Positions 1-8,869 of a stretch of DNA of 64,000 nt are shown one piece after another; within the stretch, counting starts at the first letter, position 1, and every line of letters begins with the position of its first letter. The position numbers were made by a program, and so were the translations under genes. This stretch comes from Candidatus Tectomicrobia bacterium RIFCSPLOWO2_12_FULL_69_37 (GTDB taxonomy: Bacteria; UBA8248), in the NCBI GenBank assembly GCA_001790955.1, contig MGDP01000039.1, positions 193-64,192 of the forward strand. Direction: 5' to 3'. Below the pieces are notes generated by a model that was not told the origin of the DNA, did no database searches, and saw only the letters and a list, made by a program, of their open reading frames with translations.

Positions 1-425
1 CTCTTCGCGGTCTTGAACACGAGGATCACGTCCGTGGACTGCACGCCGACCTGCCAGCCGAGGCTTCCGCCCGTGAGGGTGATCTCCAGAGGCTCCTTCC
101 AGCCTCCCGCCGGGTTGCGCACCAGCAGCACTCCCTTCCCGTACCTCCCGCCCACCACCAAGCCCACCTTGATGACGCCGGGGATGATGGCGACGCCGTG
201 GGCGTTCCTCAGGAGAGTCCCGGGCATCCCCTTCTCCGGGATGGCCGTGATCTCGCGGACGAGGGTGGCGGCCAGCCGGAGGGCGTCCGCGTCCTCCGGC
301 TCATCCCCGAATGCGGGTTGCGCATAGGCGGAAGGATCCCCCGGCAACGGCGCCCAAGAAGGCGCAGCCGCCTGCCAGGCAGCCAGGCCAAACAGCATTC
401 CGGCAGCGATCATCCATCGTCCCAT
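1..425 (-). CDS. SYLF/Ysc84-like (DUF500) lipid-binding domain protein, partial (C-terminus runs off window start)
   Basis: Minus-strand ORF starting at ATG 425..423 with signal-peptide-like N-terminus (MGRWMIAAGMLFGLAAWQAAA). Body motif 'GVAIIPGVIKVGLVVGGRYGKGVLLVRNPAGGWKEPLEITLTGGSLGWQVG' resembles the Ysc84/SYLF domain. No stop before position 1. Confidence 0.5.
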   Translation of the reverse strand, partial: MGRWMIAAGMLFGLAAWQAAAPSWAPLPGDPSAYAQPAFGDEPEDADALRLAATLVREITAIPEKGMPGTLLRNAHGVAIIPGVIKVGLVVGGRYGKGVLLVRNPAGGWKEPLEITLTGGSLGWQVGVQSTDVILVFKTAK

Positions 426-624
426 TGCGGATCTCCCCGGCGACGAACCGCAGCCCCCGCGTTTCCCGGGCCCGCCACAGCATATCATGCTTGAGGGGGC
501 GTGAGGCCTCCGCCGCGTCTCACCCCGTGACTGAGCCCGGGCCGGCCTTCTCTTGGCCCGCCGCAAGGTGCCATAATGCCGCAGGAGCGCTGACGCCGCG
601 CCGCCGCGGCCGGAGAAACCGCTC

Positions 625-1758
625 ATGCATGAAAAACTGGCCGCCCTGCCCGTTCTCCTGTGCCTCCTCGCTCCATCCCCTCTTTTCGGGGCCGAGGGGA
701 GCTCCTGCGGCGCCAAGCCAATCCCGGAACTCTACAAGGAGACTTCCCCGGCGGTGGTGTTCATCTCCTCCGTGGGGATCGACCCCTTCAAGATCACCGA
801 CCGGGTGACGAGCAGCATCGGATCGGGCTTCTTCATCGACCCGAAAGGCCTGATCCTCACCAACTCCCACGTCGTCTACCGCCGCAGGGCGATCACGGCG
901 ACGCTGGACGACGGCAAGACCCTCCCCGCCAAGCTCCTCGGCGCGGACCCCATTCTCGACCTGGCCGTCTTGAAGGTTCCGGCCCCGGATGCGGCCCATC
1001 CCGCCTTGAACCTGGGGAATTCGGACAAGGCCCAGGTGGGCGATGAGGTGTTCGCCATCGGGAATCCCCTGGGCCTCGACCAGACGCTGACGCGCGGGAT
1101 CATCTCGGGCCTGAACCGGCTGCTGCCAGACACCCCCACGAGCCGGATGCTCCCCTTCATCCAGACCGACGCCGCCATCAACCCCGGGAACTCGGGCGGG
1201 CCGCTCCTCAACCGCTGCGGCGAGGTGATGGGGCTGATCACGGCCATCCTCCCGGACGCGCAGAACCTGGGCTTCGCGATCCCCATCAACCTCGCCAAGA
1301 AGTTCGTGCCCCAGCTGATCGAGCACGGGCGCATCATCCGGCCCTGGCTCGGCTTCAGCGGAAGGGTGGTGGACAAGGGCATCAAGGAGCTCCTCCGCGC
1401 TCCCCTGGTGGACGGCTATCTGGTGGAGACCATCGAGCCGGGAAGCCCCGCCGAGAAGGAGGGTCTGCGGGGAGGCAGCTTCCCCCTCAAAGTGGCGGGG
1501 GACGAGTATCTCCTCGGCGGGGACATCGTGACCCACCTCAACGATCAGGAACTCAGCGACCCCGATAAGGTTCCCGACCTCTTCAATACCCTCAAAGTGG
1601 GAGACCAGGTGCGCCTGCGGATCTTCCGGGAGGGGGAAATCAAGGAGATGGAATTCTCCCTTCCCGAGCGGCCCATTCTGCCGGGGGATCTCCCGCCGGA
1701 GGACCGCCGCACCCTCTCGCCGACCCATCGGAGCCGTTTCCCCCGCCAGCTCCCCTGA
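625..1758 (+). CDS. HtrA/DegP-family periplasmic serine protease with PDZ domain
   Basis: Signal peptide, trypsin-like catalytic motifs (HVV..., DLAVLKV, GNSGGPLLN) and a C-terminal PDZ-like region. The 402-aa ORF on the opposite strand is an antisense artefact. Confidence 0.9.
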   Translation: MHEKLAALPVLLCLLAPSPLFGAEGSSCGAKPIPELYKETSPAVVFISSVGIDPFKITDRVTSSIGSGFFIDPKGLILTNSHVVYRRRAITATLDDGKTLPAKLLGADPILDLAVLKVPAPDAAHPALNLGNSDKAQVGDEVFAIGNPLGLDQTLTRGIISGLNRLLPDTPTSRMLPFIQTDAAINPGNSGGPLLNRCGEVMGLITAILPDAQNLGFAIPINLAKKFVPQLIEHGRIIRPWLGFSGRVVDKGIKELLRAPLVDGYLVETIEPGSPAEKEGLRGGSFPLKVAGDEYLLGGDIVTHLNDQELSDPDKVPDLFNTLKVGDQVRLRIFREGEIKEMEFSLPERPILPGDLPPEDRRTLSPTHRSRFPRQLP

Positions 1759-1853
1759 GGCTCAACCGGGGGGGGAGCAGTTTTACATCCTTGGATAAAA
1801 AGGACTAGAATTTCTGAAATTGGCCGTTGTTGGTCCCCTGTATAGGTCACCTT

Positions 1854-3266
1854 ATGATTCCAGTCCTCCGCGCAGCCGTGAATACGCTCGTCCATGTCCC
1901 CGACCTCGTCCGGTACGGCTCCAAACCCTTCCGCGAGGGGTCGCGGCCCGGTTCCTTCCTGGCCGATCTCAAGGCCCGGTTGAGAACCTTCGAGGATGCG
2001 GCCGCCTACCCCCCTCACCAGGCCTTCATCGGGAACCTGCGCCCGGAGTCACTGGCCGATATTCCCTCCCCCTGGTACGGCCATCCCCTGCCGGGTGCCT
2101 CCCATCAGGGGCCGTTCGGGGAGATCCTCGGCCAGGGACCTTTTTACTCCATGCTCGAAAAGGCTGATCAGTTCGGCCTCGTCTCACTGGACGCCGGTTG
2201 GACGCCTCCCGCGAACGGCGCCTCCGCCGCGGCGAAGGGGCTCATGAGCGCCGGGGCCAGGCGCGGGACGGAGAAGGAGATCCGCCGGCGCATCGGGTCG
2301 GGGGAAGCCCTGGCCCTGGAGCACGAGGGCGCCCTCATCGGCTGCATCCGCCGCGACCACGAGGAGGACGAATCCCTGGCCGCCCGCGTCCTGCTCGAGA
2401 ACCTGGCCGCCAAGGCGAGCGGGGCGCACGCCCTCCGCCTGCTGCTGGAGAAGGCCCGCCTCCCCGCCGAGGAGGTGGACTACATCCTCAGTTGCTCCGA
2501 GGAGGCCATCGGCGACCGCTACAACCGGGGCGGCGGGAACCTCGCCAAGGCCATCGGCGAGATGGCGGGCTGCCCGAACGCAGCCGGGACGGACATCAAA
2601 GCCTTCTGCGCCGCGCCGGTCTACGCCCTCGTGCACGCGGCGGCGCTCGTCCAGGCCGGGGTGGTGCGCAACGCCGTGGTCGTGGGGGGCGGCTCCCTTG
2701 CCAAGCTCGGGATGAAGTCCCACCGCCACATCGAGAAGCGGATGCCCGTGCTGGAGGACGTGCTGGGCGGAGTGGCCTTCTGGGTCGGCCCGGACGACGG
2801 CGAGAGCCCCCGGCTGAACCTGGAGATGGCGGGCCGTCACCCCTCGGGCCGCCCCTCGACCCCCCAGGGGATGATGGAAGCCCTCGTGTGCGAGCCCCTC
2901 GCCCGCGCGGGCCGGAAACTCCGGGAGATCGACAAGTACGCCGTCGAGCTCCACAACCCCGAGGTGACCCTCCCCGCCGGGGCGGGGGACGTCCCCCTCA
3001 CGAACTACCGCACCCTGGCCGCCCTGGCCGTCATCCGCGGCGAGATCGGGCGGGAGGAGATCCCGGCCTTCATCCGCGACCACGGGATGCCCGGCTTCGC
3101 TCCCACCCAGGGCCACATCCCCGCCGGAGTCCCCTACCTGGGCCACGCCCTCGCCGCCATGCGGGCGGGCACGATGAAGAGCGCCATGGTGGTGGCCAAG
3201 GGGAGCCTCTTCCTGGGGCGGATGACCCAGCAGGCGGACGGGGCGTCGATCGTGGTGGAATCATAG
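1854..3266 (+). CDS. glycine/sarcosine/betaine reductase component C-like protein (GrdC/GrdD family, thiolase fold)
   Basis: Immediately upstream of grdA in the same orientation. Thiolase-like nucleophile elbow 'AFCAAPVYALVHAAALVQAGVVRNAVVVGGGSLAKL'. Start is ambiguous (ATG 1854 or TTG 1827). A TTTACA-18-TAGAAT promoter-like element lies at 1782..1813. Confidence 0.5.
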   Translation: MIPVLRAAVNTLVHVPDLVRYGSKPFREGSRPGSFLADLKARLRTFEDAAAYPPHQAFIGNLRPESLADIPSPWYGHPLPGASHQGPFGEILGQGPFYSMLEKADQFGLVSLDAGWTPPANGASAAAKGLMSAGARRGTEKEIRRRIGSGEALALEHEGALIGCIRRDHEEDESLAARVLLENLAAKASGAHALRLLLEKARLPAEEVDYILSCSEEAIGDRYNRGGGNLAKAIGEMAGCPNAAGTDIKAFCAAPVYALVHAAALVQAGVVRNAVVVGGGSLAKLGMKSHRHIEKRMPVLEDVLGGVAFWVGPDDGESPRLNLEMAGRHPSGRPSTPQGMMEALVCEPLARAGRKLREIDKYAVELHNPEVTLPAGAGDVPLTNYRTLAALAVIRGEIGREEIPAFIRDHGMPGFAPTQGHIPAGVPYLGHALAAMRAGTMKSAMVVAKGSLFLGRMTQQADGASIVVES

Positions 3267-3311
3267 GGGCCGGCGTTCCGGCCCGCCCGGCCTCATAAGA
3301 GGAGGTGCGAG

Positions 3312-3776
3312 ATGTTCGACGGCAAGAAGGTGATCGCCCTGGGGGAGAGGGACGGCATCCCGGGCCCTGTCCTGGCCGAGTGCCTCCAGGCGGCGGGCAC
3401 GGAAGTCGTCTACCAGACGACGGCCTGCTTCGTCTGAACCTCCGCGGGAGCCATGGACCTGGACAACCAGGCCACCATCAAGCAGCTCGTGGATGCGCAC
3501 GGGGCGGAGAACTTGGTGGTGGTGCTGGGGATGAGCGGGGAGGGCGTCCGGATCGCCGCCGAGACGCTCACCACCGGCGACCCCAGCTGGGCCGGGCCCT
3601 TGGCGGGAGTCTCGTTGGGACTCCCGGTGTACCATATCTTGGAGGAGCGGGTCCGCACGCGTCTCCCGGCTGAGATCTACGCCGAGAAGGTGCAGCTCAT
3701 GGAGATGGTGCTCGACGTGGCGCAGATCGAGGACGCGCTCGCCGGGCTGCGCAAGACCCAGGCGAAGCGGAGCTGA
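3312..3776 (+). CDS. grdA: glycine reductase complex selenoprotein A (GrdA), in-frame TGA = Sec at 3435..3437
   Basis: Strong RBS GAGGAGG before ATG 3312. Translation '[61 protein letters not shown]...' matches the canonical GrdA Sec motif CFVUTAAGAMDLENQ. The track ORF 3453..3776 is the in-frame continuation. Confidence 0.9.
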
Positions 3777-3788
3777 GGGGGATCGGCC

Positions 3789-5066
3789 ATGCGGCTCGAA
3801 ATGGGAATCTTCCCGGTCAGGAAGGTCGCCTTCGGGAGCCGGACCGGCTACCGGGACGGCTCCCTCACCGTCAACGCCCAGGAGCTCAAGGAAGTGATGA
3901 TGGCCGAGGGCGGCTTTTTGGACGTGCGCTTCGACCTCGCCCACCCGGGCGAGAGCGTGCGCATCGTCCACAACGTGGACGCTGTCGAGCCCCTCTACAA
4001 GGTGAGCGGCCGCTCGTGCGCCTTCCCGGGGTTCCTGGGGCGCGCCCTGACCGCGGGAGAGGGCCGCACCCACAAGCTCGCCGGGATGTGCATTCTCAGC
4101 ACCACCCGCTACCCCGGCCCCCAGACGGGCATCATGACCTTCCGGGACAGCATCATCGACATGAGCGGGCCCGGCGCCCTCTACTGCGCGACCTCGGAGA
4201 CGGCGAACCTCGTCGCCTGCTACGAGCCCATCCCGACCGCCTCGAACGGCGAGCACGACGCGGCCATCCGGCTCGCCACCTTGCGGGGGGCCTCCTGCCT
4301 GGCCCGGTGCACCGCGGACCTGAAACCCGAGAAGATCGAGGTGTACGAGCTCGGCGAGGTGGGCCCCACCCTGCCCCGCATCGTGTACGTGGACCAGGTG
4401 ATGCACCAGGCGGTGATGGTGGCCACCTACGTCTACGGCAAGGACCTGGACGACTCCCTCCCCACCCTCATCCACCCCAACGAGATGCTGGACGGGGCGG
4501 TAGTCGGGGCGAACTACAAGACCGGCCAGAAGGTGCCGACCTACCTCCACTGCAACAAGCCGGTCCTCCTCGAGCTCTACCGCCGCCACGGCAAGGACGT
4601 GAACTTCGCCGGGGTGATCATCACCCGTGGGCACCGCGACAACCAGGCCCTCAAGGAGCGCTCGGCCCAGTACGTGGCCAAGCTGGCCAAGCTCCTCAAG
4701 GCGGACGGCGCCGTCCTCGCCCACGAGGGGGGGGGCAATTCCTCGGTGGACTACTTCCTGACCGTCCAGGCTCTTGAGCAGGCGGGCGTCAAGGCGGTGC
4801 CCATCATGTACGAGACGGCAGACCCGGGGAGCGGGGACTTCCCCCTCGTCTACACCGTCCCCGAGGCGGACGCCATCGTGAGCAAGGGGCTCCAGGGCCA
4901 GTCGATCGTCCTCCCCGCCGTCGAGCGCGTGATCGGCTCCCCCAAGTTCAAGCCCTACGGCGGGACCCTGGTCGACACGGCTTCGAGCTTCGAGGTGACC
5001 AACGCCGACCTCTACGCCGACGAATGGGGAATGGAGCTCAGCCACTTCACCGGGAAGGACTACTGA
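3789..5066 (+). CDS. grdE: glycine/betaine reductase protein B proprotein (GrdE family)
   Basis: N-terminus MRLEMGIFPVRKVAFG... is typical of GrdE/GrdG/GrdI proproteins. About 425 aa. Placed between grdA and grdB. Confidence 0.85.
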   Translation: MRLEMGIFPVRKVAFGSRTGYRDGSLTVNAQELKEVMMAEGGFLDVRFDLAHPGESVRIVHNVDAVEPLYKVSGRSCAFPGFLGRALTAGEGRTHKLAGMCILSTTRYPGPQTGIMTFRDSIIDMSGPGALYCATSETANLVACYEPIPTASNGEHDAAIRLATLRGASCLARCTADLKPEKIEVYELGEVGPTLPRIVYVDQVMHQAVMVATYVYGKDLDDSLPTLIHPNEMLDGAVVGANYKTGQKVPTYLHCNKPVLLELYRRHGKDVNFAGVIITRGHRDNQALKERSAQYVAKLAKLLKADGAVLAHEGGGNSSVDYFLTVQALEQAGVKAVPIMYETADPGSGDFPLVYTVPEADAIVSKGLQGQSIVLPAVERVIGSPKFKPYGGTLVDTASSFEVTNADLYADEWGMELSHFTGKDY

Positions 5067-5103
5067 GGCCCAGGCGCCCCTGGGCGAGCCAGGAGAGACC
5101 GGA

Positions 5104-6432
5104 ATGCCCACGAACAAGAAGATTCGCGTCGTCCACTACGTCAACCAGTTCTTCGCGGGGGTGGGAGGGGAGGAGAAGGGGGACCATCCCCTGACCTTCA
5201 GGGAGGGCCCCGTGGGCCCCGGCCTCCTGCTCCAGCGCCTGCTGGGGGCGGAGGGGGAGGTGGCCGGCACCCTCTTCTGCGGGGACAACGCCTACGCCGC
5301 CGATCCAGGGGCCGAAGCGGCCGCCCTCGACCACATCGAGCGGCTTGCGCCCGACCTCCTCGTGGCCGGGCCCGCCTTTAACGCGGGCCGCTACGGCCTG
5401 GCCTGCGCCCGCCTCTGCCTCGCCGTGAAGGCGGGCGGCAAGACGGCGGCGGTGACGGGGATGTACCCCGAAAACCCGGGGGTCTCGGCCTGCCGCCGCC
5501 AGGTGCACATCGTCCCCACCGGGGACACCGCCGGGGGGATGGGAGAAGCCCTTCCCAAGATCGTCCGCCTGGGCCTCAAGCTCGCGCGCGGGGAGGAGCT
5601 GGGCCCGGCCCAGGAGGAGGGCTACCTGCCCCGGGGGGTCCGCTACAACGCTTTCGCCGAGGTGCCCGCCGCCCAGCGGGCGGTGGACATGGTGCTCAAG
5701 AAGGTGCGAGGGGAGCCCTTCACCTCGGAGTTCACCTTCCTGGGCTTCGACCGGGTGGCCCCGCCCGCGCCCCTCAAGGGCCTCAAGGGCAAGAAGATCG
5801 CCGTGGTCACCGAGGCGGGGATGGTGCCCCCCGGGAACCCCGACCGCATCCCCGGCTCCCGGGCCTCCACCCATCACTGGAACAAGTACTCCTTCGGGGG
5901 GCGGACGGAGCTCCCCAAGGGCTCCTTCATCTGCATCCACGGGGGCTTCAACACCGTCTTCGTGAACGAGGACCCGGACCGGATGCTCGCCCTGGACGCC
6001 CTCAAGCAGCTCGAGCGGGAGGGCGTCTTCGAGAAGCTCCACGAGGAGTTCCTGAGCACCTGCGGGAACGGCGGCCCCGTCCACGTCATGAAGCAAGTGG
6101 GCCAGGCCATGGCCAAGGAGGCCCGCGCCGCCGGGGTGGAGGGAGTGGTCCTGCCCGCCACCTGAGGGACGGGCACGCGTAGCGGCGCTACGCTGGCGAA
6201 GGAGCTGGAGAGGGAAGGCATCCCCACCGTGCTGGTCACCTGCCTCCCCGACGTGGCGAAGGACGTGGGGGCCAACCGCATCCTCAAGACGCGGGCGGGC
6301 CACTTCCATCATCCCTTCGGGGATCCGAGCCGCCCCGAGGCCTCCGAGCGGCGGTGGCGCCTCGAAGCCACCAAGAAGGCCCTGGAGGTCCTGACCGAGC
6401 CCGTGACGGAGCCCACGGTCTTCGAGTACTAG
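5104..6432 (+). CDS. grdB: glycine/betaine reductase selenoprotein B (GrdB family), in-frame TGA = Sec at 6163..6165
   Basis: N-terminus MPTNKKIRVVHYVNQFFAGVGGEE is canonical GrdB. Track ORFs 5104..6165 and 6229..6432 are in the same frame. Reading through gives '...VLPAT-U-GTGTRSGATLAKELEREGIPTVLVTCLPDVAKDVGANRIL...', matching the GrdB Sec motif (UGTCTRCGAT...). Total 442 aa. Confidence 0.9.
6177..6193 (+). promoter_or_regulatory. candidate bacterial SECIS hairpin for grdB
   Basis: 17-nt perfect hairpin gcgtagc-ggc-gctacgc beginning exactly 11 nt after the UGA. This is the spacing and size of the E. coli fdhF minimal SECIS. Confidence 0.5.
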
Positions 6433-6445
6433 CCCCCCGCAGTAG

Positions 6446-6480
6446 CAAAGGGGGCGGAGGTCCTCCTCCGCCCCTTTGCT
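6446..6480 (+). terminator. GC-rich palindrome downstream of grdB (terminator-like, no T-run)
   Basis: gcaaagggggcggagg-tcct-cctccgcccctttgc, a ~15-bp stem, directly after the grdB stop. It is followed by an AT-rich intergenic region. Confidence 0.45.
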
Positions 6481-6629
6481 CCATCCATAAGATCCGAATA
6501 AGGCAATTTAAATCAATGGGTTAAAAAACATGCCAAAAATTTCCCCTGGATCTCGAATTTCGTCTTTATTTCGTGCTATATTTCGCTTTATATTTGTCTT
6601 CGTGAAATGTCCTCACAGGAGGCTCTGCC

Positions 6630-8171
6630 ATGCTGGCCAAGACGCAGGCGGCGGCGGTTCTCGGGGTGGACGCCCACCCGGTCGAGGTCGAGGTGGACCT
6701 CGCCTCGGGCCTTCCCTACTACTCCACCGTGGGTCTGCCGGACGCCGCCGTGAAGGAAAGCAAGGACCGCATCCGGGCGGCCATCTCGAACACGGGCTTC
6801 ATCTACCCCCTCGGGCGGATCACGGTGAGCCTCTCCCCCGCCGACATGCGGAAGGAGGGGAGCGCCTTCGACCTCCCCATCGCCTTGGGGCTCCTGCGCG
6901 CGAACGGCGCCCTGAACGGGGGCGGGGAGAGGACGCGGGGGCTGATGTTCCTGGGAGAGCTGGCGCTGGACGGCGCCCTCAAGCCCGTGCGCGGGGCGCT
7001 CAACATCGCCGTTCTGGCCAAGAAGCTGGAGATCGAGGGCCTGGTGCTCCCGGCCGAGAACGCTGGAGAAGCGGCCGTAGTGGAAGGGCTCCCCGTCTAT
7101 CCCGTCCGCACCCTGCCCCAGGTGGTGGGCTTCCTGCGGGGGGAGCTCACCATCCCGCCCACGAAGGAAGACCCGGCCTCCCCGGGGAACGCCTCCGGCG
7201 CGTGCGACGACTTCCGGGACATCCGGGGCCAGCACCACGCCAAGCGCGCCCTCGAGGTGGCGGCGGCGGGGGGCCACAACCTCCTCATGATCGGCCCCCC
7301 CGGCAGCGGCAAGAGCATGCTGGCGCGCCGCCTGCCCACCATCCTCCCCCGGCTCACCCTCGAGGAGGCCATCGAGACGAGCCAAGTCTGGAGCGTCCTC
7401 GGGAAGCTCGGGCCGGGGCGCTCGCTCATGGCCGAGCGCCCCTTCCGCGCTCCTCACCACACCATCAGCGACGCCGGGATGGTTGGGGGCGGGACCGTGC
7501 CCCTGCCCGGGGAGGCTTCCCTCGCCCACAACGGGGTGCTCTTCCTGGACGAGCTGCCCGAGTTCCGCAAGAACGTCCTGGAAACCCTGCGGAGCCCGAT
7601 GGAGGAAGGGAAGATCGTCATCAGCCGGGCCCAGGCCAGCCTGGCCTTCCCCGCCCGGTTCATGCTCACGGCGGCAATGAACCCCTGCCCCTGCGGCCAC
7701 CTGGGGGACACCGCGAAGTCATGCTCCTGCACTCCGAAGCTCGTCGAGCGCCACCGCTCGCGCATCTCGGGGCCGCTCCTGGACCGCATCGACATCCACA
7801 TCGAGGTGCCGAGGCTCCCCTGGAAGGAGCTCGCCGAGGAGCCCGAGGGAGAGGGCTCAGAAGCCATCCGCGCCCGGGTCGAGGCCGCCCGCACCAAACA
7901 GCGCGCGCGCTTCACCGGCATCCCGGGCGTCCACTCCAACGCCCACATGGGGGCCGGGCTCATCGGGCGGTTCTGCAAGACGGACGCGGAAGGGAAGCGG
8001 CTCATGCAGCTCGCCGTCCAGCGGCTGGGGCTCTCGGCCCGGGCCTACCACCGGGTGCTGAAGCTGGCGAGGACGATCGCGGATTTGGCGGGAGAGGAGA
8101 GCATCACGCCAGCGCATATCGCGGAGGCGATTCAGTACCGGCAGCTGGACAGGCCGGTGGGGGGGAAGTGA
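6630..8171 (+). CDS. comM: YifB/ComM-family Mg-chelatase-like AAA+ ATPase
   Basis: RBS aggagg. N-terminal Lon-like/ChlI domain, Walker A GPPGSGKS, 'LFLDELPEF', and zinc-ribbon CPCGHLGD...CSC. Confidence 0.9.
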   Translation: MLAKTQAAAVLGVDAHPVEVEVDLASGLPYYSTVGLPDAAVKESKDRIRAAISNTGFIYPLGRITVSLSPADMRKEGSAFDLPIALGLLRANGALNGGGERTRGLMFLGELALDGALKPVRGALNIAVLAKKLEIEGLVLPAENAGEAAVVEGLPVYPVRTLPQVVGFLRGELTIPPTKEDPASPGNASGACDDFRDIRGQHHAKRALEVAAAGGHNLLMIGPPGSGKSMLARRLPTILPRLTLEEAIETSQVWSVLGKLGPGRSLMAERPFRAPHHTISDAGMVGGGTVPLPGEASLAHNGVLFLDELPEFRKNVLETLRSPMEEGKIVISRAQASLAFPARFMLTAAMNPCPCGHLGDTAKSCSCTPKLVERHRSRISGPLLDRIDIHIEVPRLPWKELAEEPEGEGSEAIRARVEAARTKQRARFTGIPGVHSNAHMGAGLIGRFCKTDAEGKRLMQLAVQRLGLSARAYHRVLKLARTIADLAGEESITPAHIAEAIQYRQLDRPVGGK

Positions 8172-8302
8172 GCGCCTCGGGGTAAGGCAGTCCTTTAACG
8201 CTTCGTCGCCGCCGTGAGCTCTGCGAACCGGCGGAGGAAGCCAGGCGGCCTTCGGCGCGAGCACCCGGCCTCCCGCGTCCTCCACAGGGAAGGCTGCGAA
8301 GC

Positions 8303-8824
8303 TCAGAATCCCTGGATTTTCTGATACGCCCGGAGAATCTCCGCAGACTCTTCCGGCGCCATCCCCGAATCCGGCTTCTCCCTCATTCGCCGGATGATTT
8401 CCAGCCTCTCCGCCGTTCCCATCGGCGCGAGCTTCTTTAGATTGACCTCACCATGGCAACGCACGCACTTCAGCAACTCGAGAGAGGCGTGGACCCTGTC
8501 CCGCTCCTGGGCGGAAAGATGGACGTCCGGCAGCTTCTCCATCTTGGCAATGATTCCCTGCAATTCGCTGGATGTTCCGTGGACTCCCAAGAACTTGCGG
8601 TCGCTGTGACAGCTCACGCACTTCTCATCGAATACGGCGAACGGCTGGAGGGAGGCCTCACGGGCCTTTGGGTCGGTTCGTATCGCCTGGATCGCCGTCT
8701 TGACCCTGACAAGCTCGGAGCGCACCTCAAGGGTCAGCTGGGCCACGAAAACGACTACTATCGCGGTCACCAGGACCAGGAACATGGTCAGCATCTCTCT
8801 AAGCCTTGCGGTCATCTCCTTCAT
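8303..8824 (-). CDS. membrane-anchored diheme c-type cytochrome
   Basis: N-terminal TM helix (LTMFLVLVTAIVVVFVAQL). Two CxxCH motifs (CVSCH, CVRCH). Last gene of the fdh cluster. Confidence 0.75.
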   Translation of the reverse strand: MKEMTARLREMLTMFLVLVTAIVVVFVAQLTLEVRSELVRVKTAIQAIRTDPKAREASLQPFAVFDEKCVSCHSDRKFLGVHGTSSELQGIIAKMEKLPDVHLSAQERDRVHASLELLKCVRCHGEVNLKKLAPMGTAERLEIIRRMREKPDSGMAPEESAEILRAYQKIQGF

Positions 8825-8869
8825 GACAACACCCCTTTATGAGCGGTCATCTCCCTTCGGAAGCCGTCC

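Noticed and set aside
520-1728. 402-aa ORF on the minus strand opposite the HtrA gene
   Set aside because: Antisense to a protease gene with clear catalytic motifs. Arg/Gly/Ala-rich low-complexity translation typical of spurious ORFs in 70% GC DNA.
2198-3298. 366-aa Arg/Gly/Pro-rich ORF overlapping the component-C-like gene
   Set aside because: Alternative-frame artefact. No motifs. Composition typical of an off-frame GC-rich translation.
6557-6604. Possible CRISPR array
   Set aside because: Repeat units are only ~11 nt, imperfect, directly abutting without spacers, and no cas genes are present.
6530-8185. 551-aa ORF overlapping comM in another frame
   Set aside because: comM frame has Walker and zinc-ribbon motifs. 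The alternative frame is Arg/Gly/Pro-rich junk.
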